Made by a program: the position numbers and the translations under genes. Below, piece by piece: positions 1-6,341 of a stretch of 12,051 bases of DNA; position 1 is the stretch's first letter, and every line of letters begins with the position of its first letter. The DNA is taken from positions 1-12,051 of the forward strand of contig CAWBHS010000028.1 in assembly GCA_963788655.1 (NCBI GenBank), written 5' to 3'. This DNA is from an uncultured Verrucomicrobiae bacterium. Its GTDB lineage: Bacteria; Verrucomicrobiota; Verrucomicrobiia; Limisphaerales; JAFGQR01. The notes under the pieces were generated by a model. It searched no databases, was not told where the DNA came from, and was given only the letters and a program-made list of their open reading frames with translations.

Positions 1-14
1 TGAAAAAAATTTGC

Positions 15-317
15 TCATCGCAACCATTGCCGCTCGCTCAACCAGACGATTCCCCCGGCCAAAACGAACATTGACCATGCCGAAGGTTCCGTGACGGCCG
101 AAAACCGGATGGTATCCAGAATCGCTCCATTCACGTATGGACCAAGGTGAAACGCAGTGAAGGATAGGTCCGAGTCCTGGCCAGCGTATGATGAAACGTC
201 CACGGCAAGGTTATACACGCCTGGCTCGGAACAGGCGTCGCAGATGGTCAGTTGCCGCTCGTTTGCAAAGGCGAACATACCGTTAGCATGGCAGTTCAAT
301 GGAAGGGTTTTTTGCAA
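15..317 (-). pseudogene. C-terminal fragment of a PEP-CTERM-type exported protein (degenerate VTEPS sorting signal)
   Basis: Ends in ...LDTIRFSAVTEPSAWSMFVLAGGIVWLSERQWLR*: a VPEP-like motif (ACG Thr in place of CCG Pro), a hydrophobic helix and a weakly basic tail, preceded by a beta-rich segment 'DVSSYAGQDSDLSFTA'. An in-frame TGA at 330-332 limits the ORF to about 105 aa and there is no signal peptide. Confidence 0.55.
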
Positions 318-399
318 AATTCCCGCAAGTCATTTAACCGAGCATCTTTTGACCGAATTTCCTTTTTCTGCTTGCCGCAATTTGCCAGTCTTCGCGCCC

Positions 400-966
400 A
401 TGAACCGAGCTGTGTTTCTGGATCGCGACGGCACGATCATTGAAGAAAAAGAATATCTGCACGACCCGGATCAAGTTGTTTTGTTCCCGGCGGCAGCCGC
501 CGCACTGAAACGACTCCAGGACGCCGGCTTCAAGTTGATCATGGTCACCAACCAGTCCGGCGTGGGCCGGGGTTACTTCACGCGGGCCGATGTCGAAGCG
601 GTGAATGCCCGGCTGCTCGAACTGCTGGAGCCTGACGGCGTGCGCTTCGAAAAGATCTACCTGGCGCCGGAAGCGCCGGATCAACCCAGCCGCGGACGCA
701 AGCCGTCCCCGCAATTCCTGTTCGATGCCCGAGACGAGCTGGGGGTGGCCCTGGCTCAAAGCTTCATGATCGGCGACAAGTTGAGCGACCTGGAATGCGG
801 CTGGAATGCCGGCGTGAAGCAATGTCTGCTCGTCCGCACCGGCTACGGCGCGAAGTTGGAACGTCAATCCGGGAGCCAACTGCGGCAGGCTAAAGTGGTG
901 GACGATTTGGCCGCCGCCGCTGACTGGATTCTTGCCAACCAACAAGGAGAGGCTGAAGGGCGATGA
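400..966 (+). CDS. gmhB: D-glycero-D-manno-heptose 1,7-bisphosphate phosphatase (HAD-IIIA, GmhB/HisB-N family), 188 aa
   Basis: [13 protein letters not shown] (DxD motif), [35 protein letters not shown]. The real start is ATG 400, not the track's 157. Lies next to kdsB. Confidence 0.9.
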   Translation: MNRAVFLDRDGTIIEEKEYLHDPDQVVLFPAAAAALKRLQDAGFKLIMVTNQSGVGRGYFTRADVEAVNARLLELLEPDGVRFEKIYLAPEAPDQPSRGRKPSPQFLFDARDELGVALAQSFMIGDKLSDLECGWNAGVKQCLLVRTGYGAKLERQSGSQLRQAKVVDDLAAAADWILANQQGEAEGR

Positions 967-1012
967 GTTCTTACTGCGTGCCAAGCGAGCATTTCATAAT
1001 GAGAAAACGCCA

Positions 1013-1752
1013 ATGAACATTCTCGGTCTGATTCCCGCCCGTTACGCCAGCACCCGATTTCCGGGCAAGCCTTTGCATCCCATCGCCGGCAAGCCGCTGA
1101 TTCAACACGTCGTCGAACGATGCCGGCAAGGCGAAATCGCTCAGTGAAGTGGTCGTGGCCACCGACGACGAGCGCATCCGCGACGCCGCCCAGAAGTTTT
1201 GCCGCGTGGAAATGACTTCCGCCGATCATCCCAGCGGCACCGACCGGATCGCCGAGGTGGTGCAGCGGATTCAATGCGATGCGGTGGTCAACATTCAAGG
1301 CGACGAACCGCTGATTGACCCGCCGGTGATTGACGCCGTGGCAGGTGCGCTGAGCGAATGCCGAGATGTCCACGGCCGCCGACGCCATTACGAGCGCCGA
1401 TGAATACGACAATCCCAACGTCGTAAAAGTCGTTGTCAACGCGGCCGGCCGCGCCCTATACTTTTCCCGGCGCACGATTCCGTATTTGCGCGATGCCGCC
1501 AGTCGTTCGGTGAGCGAACAGTTGGCGGCGTTTCCTTTTTTGAAGCACCTGGGCATTTACGGTTACCGGCGCGAGACGCTGTTGCGGTTGGTGAAGTTTC
1601 CGGTGTCGCCGCTGGAACAGGCGGAGGAGTTGGAACAGTTGCGCGCGTTGGAAAACGGCATCCACATCGCCGTCGTGCAAGTGGATTACGACAGCGTGGG
1701 CGTGGATGTGCCGGAAGACGTGGCGCGCGTGGAAGCGCTGTTGAAGGGGTGA
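1013..1752 (+). CDS. kdsB: 3-deoxy-manno-octulosonate cytidylyltransferase (CMP-Kdo synthetase); frameshifted as sequenced
   Basis: [77 protein letters not shown] and VGVDVPED are spread over three frames. Net +1 shifts occur at about 1130 and 1361. Confidence 0.93.
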
Positions 1753-1859
1753 AGCGTTGAATGGTTGAAGTCATAAGAGTATAACACTAAGAGCGCGAAT
1801 CGGCGGTCAGGCGGCCATCACTTCAACTCTTCAACCCTTTAGCGTTTCAACCAATCAAC
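1740..1859. repeat. Inverted array of 8-bp tandem repeats (GTTGAAGN x4 ... NCTTCAAC x5)
   Basis: Left arm 1740-1771: gttgaagg ggtgaagc gttgaatg gttgaagt. Right arm 1820-1859: acttcaac tcttcaac cctttagc gtttcaac caatcaac. The arms are separated by a 48-nt spacer. Confidence 0.7.
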
Positions 1860-1880
1860 TCTGCAGTTCATTTGACTAAG

Positions 1881-3504
1881 ATGAAATACATTTTTGTAAC
1901 CGGCGGCGTGGTGAGTTCGCTGGGCAAAGGGCCTGACGGCCGCGGCCTGGGCACGCTGCTGGAGAACCGCGGCCTGAAGGTCGTCGCTGCAGAAGTTCGA
2001 TCCGTACCTGAACGTGGACCCGGGCACGATGAGTCCGTATCCAGCACGGCGAAGTGTATGTGCTGGACGACGGCGCGGAAACCGACCTCGACCTGGGCCA
2101 TTACGAGCGGTTCACCAACGTGCAAGCTGACGCGCCTGAACAACCTCACCAGCGGCCAGGTTTATCAGACCGTGCTCAACAACGAGCGCGAAGGCAAATA
2201 CCTCGGCAAAACCGTGCAGGTGATTCCGCACGTCACCGACGAAATTCAAAACCGCATTCACGTGCTTGGCCGAGCAGAGCAAGGCGGACGTGCTCATCAC
2301 CGAGATCGGCGGCACGACCGGCGACATCGAGGGATTGCCGTTTCTCGAGGCCATCCGCGAATTCGCGCTCGAAGTCGGGCTACGGCAACGTCGCTGTTCA
2401 TCCACGTCACCTACGTGCCGTTCATCAAGGCCGCCGGCGAACTCAAGACCAAGCCCACGCAGCAATCCGTCGCCAAGCTGCGCGAAATCGGTATTGCCCC
2501 GCATATCCTCGTCTGCCGCTGCGAGAAGCCGCTCGACAAGGAACTGCGCCAGAAAATTTCGCCTGTTCTGCAACGTGCCCTTCGAGGCGGTGATCGAGGA
2601 GAAGGACGTGGACCATTCGATCTACGAAGTGCCGCTGATGCTGCAACGCGAGCGCGTGGATGACCTGGTCTGCCAGCTGCTCCACCTGGACGCGCCGCCG
2701 GCCGAACATGGCGCACTGGCAGGAGATCATCCGCAAACTCATCGCCCCGCAGCATCGCGTGCGCATCGGCGTCGTCGGCAAATACATCGAACTGCAGGAC
2801 GCCTACAAATCCGTCTACGAAGCCATCATCCACGGCGGCATCGCCAACGATTGCGGCGTGGAAATCGAGCAGGTGGACGCGGAGGAAATCGAACAGCGAA
2901 GGCGCCGAAAAGCATCTTGAAGGGCCTGGGCGGCATCCTGGTGCCCGGCGGCTTTGGCGAACGCGGCATCGAAGGCAAGATCATGGCCGCCCAATACGCC
3001 CGCGAAAACAAGTTGCCCTACCTCGGCCTGTGCCTGGGCATGCAGATCGCCACGCATCGAGTTTGCCCGCAACGTGTTGAAGCCTGGAAAGGCGCACTCG
3101 ACGGAGTTCGATCCGGACACGCCGCATCCGGTGATCGCCATGCTGGACGAGCAGAACAAGGTCACCAAGAAGGGCGGCACGATGCGACTGGGCGCGCAGC
3201 CGTGCCAGTTGGTGGTGGGTACGCAGCGCCGCGCAGCTTTACGGCGCGTTCGTCGTCAACGAACGCCACCGCCACCGTTACGAATTCAACAACGCCTACC
3301 GCGAACGATTCGAGAAGGCGGGATTTGTGTTCAGCGGCACTTCGCCGGACGGCAAACTGGTGGAGATCATCGAACTGCACGGACCATCCGTTCTTCATCG
3401 CCAGCCAGTTTCATCCGGAGTTTCAGAGCAAGCCGCACCAGCCGCATCCGCTGTTCAAAGGCTTCATCGCCGCCTGCCACAATCAAGCCCACCACCGCCC
3501 ATAG
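1881..3504 (+). CDS. pyrG: CTP synthase; heavily frameshifted as sequenced (about 536 aa after correction)
   Basis: [110 protein letters not shown] (catalytic Cys), [10 protein letters not shown] and QFHPEF can all be reassembled across frames. Confidence 0.96.
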
Positions 3505-3654
3505 GGGTCAGGCCGTACAATTGCACAATTGGGACAGATGCAGATCGATTTGAATGCCGATTACTCATGTTCTACCAGCACTGGCAGGGAGCCCTTGAGT
3601 CTGTTTGTGCGAATCAATCAGAGTGAGTGCTGCGCGCTAGTATGGTCTGACCCC
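3504..3654. repeat. 151-bp element bounded by 15-bp imperfect terminal inverted repeats (REP/MITE-like)
   Basis: GGGGTCAGGCCGTAC (3504-3518) and GTATGGTCTGACCCC (3640-3654) pair at 13/15 Watson-Crick positions. Both remaining positions are G-U wobbles on the + strand. Confidence 0.65.
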
Positions 3655-3662
3655 AAAGCTGT

Positions 3663-4946
3663 GTGACGTATTCGGATGCCATCCAGTTTCTATACGACTT
3701 GCGCCTGTTTGGGGCCAAGTTTGGGTTGGAGAATACGCGCAAGTTGGCGGCTTTGGTCGGGAAGCCGCAGGACCGACTGCGGTTCATTCATGTAGCGGGG
3801 ACTAATGGGAAAGGCTCGGTGTGCGCGATGTTGGAGAGCGTGTATCGCGCAGCGGGACTTCGAACGGGGCTGTTCACTTCGCCGCATCTGGTGAGCTTTG
3901 CGGAACGCATCCAAGTCAACCGTCATCTGATCCCGAACGAAGAAGTTGTGCGCTTGGTCGGCGAGATCAAACCCTTGCTGACGCAGTTTCCGGATGAGTT
4001 GCATCCGACATTCTTTGAGGTCGTGACGGTAATGGCCTTGCAGTATTTTGCCGAACAGCGTTGCGATTTGGTCCTGCTGGAAACCGGCTTGGGCGGCCGG
4101 CTTGATGCCTCAAATATTGTCACGCCCCTCGCCAGTGTGATCACCAACATCGGCCGTGAACATCAACAATGGTTGGGCGACACCTTCGAAGAAATTGCCG
4201 CCGAAAAAGCCGGTATCATTAAACCCGGTGTGCCGGTGATCACCGCGGCAAATCCAGGGGAGGGCCTTGAGGTCATTGCGGCCACCGCGCGACGACACCA
4301 GTCACTCCTGACGGTGGTGGACGACCCGCACACCCGCCAGGCGCCATTGGATTCGATCCGGTTGCCTTTGGTGGGACATCATCAATTGCTCAATGCCGCT
4401 ACAGCGATTGCCACCGCACGTCAATTGGCCGGGCAAATTCCCGTAAGTGACGACGCGCTACGCCACGGGCTCGCGACGGTCTATTGGCCGGGGCGATTGC
4501 AGCACGTACAAACAGATTCAGGGCGGGTATTGATCCTTGATGCGGCCCACAACCCCGCCGGGTCGGAAGCCTTGCGTCTTGCCCTGGAGGAGGAATTGCC
4601 AAACGGTCGCCCAACACTCGTCTTCGGGGTGTTTCAGGACAAAGATTGGCGCAGCATGTGCCGGCAATTGGTGCCGCTATCGGGGCGTGTGGTGTTGGTT
4701 CCCGTGCATAGTGATCGCTCCGAAAATCCCGCCGAGTTGGCGCCATATTGTCGGGAAATCAATCCGAACGTGCCGATCACCGTGTGCGCATCCCTGCGGG
4801 AAGCGATGTCGCAAACCGCCAGCGAGTCTCAGGTCGTGGTCACCGGCTCGGTTTACCTGGTGGGTGAAGCCATGGAATTGTTGCGCCTGGCACCGGCTCC
4901 GCCCGACGACGAACGGTGCCTCAACGAATGGACCGCGAAACGATAA
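3663..4946 (+). CDS. folC: Bifunctional folylpolyglutamate synthase/dihydrofolate synthase
   Basis: IHVAGTNGKGS, FTSPHL, TFFEV, ETGLGGRLDASN, EKAGIIK, WPGRLQ, LDAAHNP, VTGSVYLVGE. Intact 427-aa ORF with a GTG start. Confidence 0.96.
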   Translation: MTYSDAIQFLYDLRLFGAKFGLENTRKLAALVGKPQDRLRFIHVAGTNGKGSVCAMLESVYRAAGLRTGLFTSPHLVSFAERIQVNRHLIPNEEVVRLVGEIKPLLTQFPDELHPTFFEVVTVMALQYFAEQRCDLVLLETGLGGRLDASNIVTPLASVITNIGREHQQWLGDTFEEIAAEKAGIIKPGVPVITAANPGEGLEVIAATARRHQSLLTVVDDPHTRQAPLDSIRLPLVGHHQLLNAATAIATARQLAGQIPVSDDALRHGLATVYWPGRLQHVQTDSGRVLILDAAHNPAGSEALRLALEEELPNGRPTLVFGVFQDKDWRSMCRQLVPLSGRVVLVPVHSDRSENPAELAPYCREINPNVPITVCASLREAMSQTASESQVVVTGSVYLVGEAMELLRLAPAPPDDERCLNEWTAKR

Positions 4947-5066
4947 GCGACGAGCCTTTGGCAGTTCAAATGTTGGTCCCGGGTTGCTTCGTTTCAGCTA
5001 ATCTCTTGCCGGCCCAATTTGCCAGTTAGACAGGCTTGCGAATTGCGGTAACGTTGAAAGCGCCCG

Positions 5067-6311
5067 ATGCGCCCGATGAAACTCATGACTGCTTTTGAAA
5101 AATCCTTCGTTTGCGGCTGCCAGTGGAACGTCCTTCAAAACCGGCCGATCATGCTGCTCTTGGCAGCAATCTTGGTTTGCAGCCCGATCGTCCGATGCGC
5201 GACGGCTGCCGATGCAATCACTATCCTCGGCACGCAGAAAAGCGCGAACCTGGTGCCCAATCACATCAACGGCATCAAGACCGTTTTCCTGATTCTGATG
5301 GAAAACCATAACTGGGACGCCATTTTGGGCAATCCTTTTTGTCCGTACATTAACGACACGCTGCTGCCGATGGCCTCCTATTGCGATCAGTATTATTCAC
5401 CGCCCGGGAACCATCCCAGCGAACCCAATTATTTGTGGCTGATTGCGGGCACAAACTTCGGCATCCACAACGACTCGCCGCCCAGCTTCAACTACCAAAG
5501 CTCCACCAACACGCTGTTCCACCTGCTGGATCAAACCGGCATTTCCTGGAAGACCTACCAGGAAGACATCAGCGGCACGAATTGTCCGCTCACGAACGAC
5601 GGTCCATACGCCGTGCGCCACAATCCTTTTGTCTTTTTCGATGAGGTTTTGGACAACCTGGATTACTGCCTGGCGCACATTCGTCCCTATAGCGAACTGG
5701 CCGGGGACCTCGACAATCACACCGTGGCGCGCTTCAATTTCATCTCGCCGAATGTGACCAACGACATGCACGACCTGGCGTATGGCAGCCCGAGTTCGGC
5801 GCAGCAAGGCGACCAATGGCTGGCGCACCAAATGCCGAAGTTGCTCGGTTCCTCGGCATATCAAGATGGCGGTTTAATAATGATTCTTTGGGATGAAGGC
5901 ACTGGTTCCCGCCCCGACGGTCCGATCGGATTGATTGCCCTTTCCCCGCGCGCCAAAGGAGGGGGCTATCACAACGACCTTTATTACACCCACAGTTCCA
6001 CACTGCGCACAGTGCAAAGTATCTTGGGCGTGCGTCCGTTCCTGGGTGAGGCCGCCAATGCCAATGACCTGAGCGACTTGTTCAAAACCATCCGGTTGAC
6101 CTCGGCTGAGTGGCGGGGAACGAGTTTTGTTTTCGGGGTAACCAACGTGATTCCCGGAAAAACGAATTACGTCCAGATCTCGACCCATCTCGGCGCGAAC
6201 GATTGGACGACGATCCAGACGAATGTCCCTGATACGGACTTTGAAACGGTCACCGACCATCCACCGGCCGCAACGTCGCCACGATTCTACCGGGTGGTGG
6301 AACTGCCGTGA
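5067..6311 (+). CDS. Secreted phosphoesterase (SapM/AcpA-like acid phosphatase, alkaline-phosphatase superfamily) with a C-terminal verrucomicrobial-type 'RFYR' domain
   Basis: IKTVFLILMENH, HPSEPNYLWLIAG (Ser nucleophile), YAVRHNPF, NDMHD, WDEG, YTHSSTLRT. Hydrophobic signal-like segment MLLLAAILVCSPIVRCATA. The start is uncertain (5067, 5076, 5085 or 5151). Confidence 0.85.
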   Translation: MRPMKLMTAFEKSFVCGCQWNVLQNRPIMLLLAAILVCSPIVRCATAADAITILGTQKSANLVPNHINGIKTVFLILMENHNWDAILGNPFCPYINDTLLPMASYCDQYYSPPGNHPSEPNYLWLIAGTNFGIHNDSPPSFNYQSSTNTLFHLLDQTGISWKTYQEDISGTNCPLTNDGPYAVRHNPFVFFDEVLDNLDYCLAHIRPYSELAGDLDNHTVARFNFISPNVTNDMHDLAYGSPSSAQQGDQWLAHQMPKLLGSSAYQDGGLIMILWDEGTGSRPDGPIGLIALSPRAKGGGYHNDLYYTHSSTLRTVQSILGVRPFLGEAANANDLSDLFKTIRLTSAEWRGTSFVFGVTNVIPGKTNYVQISTHLGANDWTTIQTNVPDTDFETVTDHPPAATSPRFYRVVELP

Positions 6312-6341
6312 GGGCGGTTGCTGAACTCGCTGTACGAAACC

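Noticed and set aside
157..399. N-terminal extension of GmhB given by the ORF track
   Set aside because: Family homology begins at [11 protein letters not shown] (400). The extension overlaps the opposite-strand PEP-CTERM fragment and promoter-like DNA.
1740..1859. Octamer arrays as a CRISPR array
   Set aside because: The 8-bp tandem units have no unique spacers and there are no cas genes in the window.
1881..3504. Programmed ribosomal frameshifting or RNA editing of pyrG/kdsB
   Set aside because: The many indel sites share no slippery motif and include compensating pairs. A read error profile is far more parsimonious.
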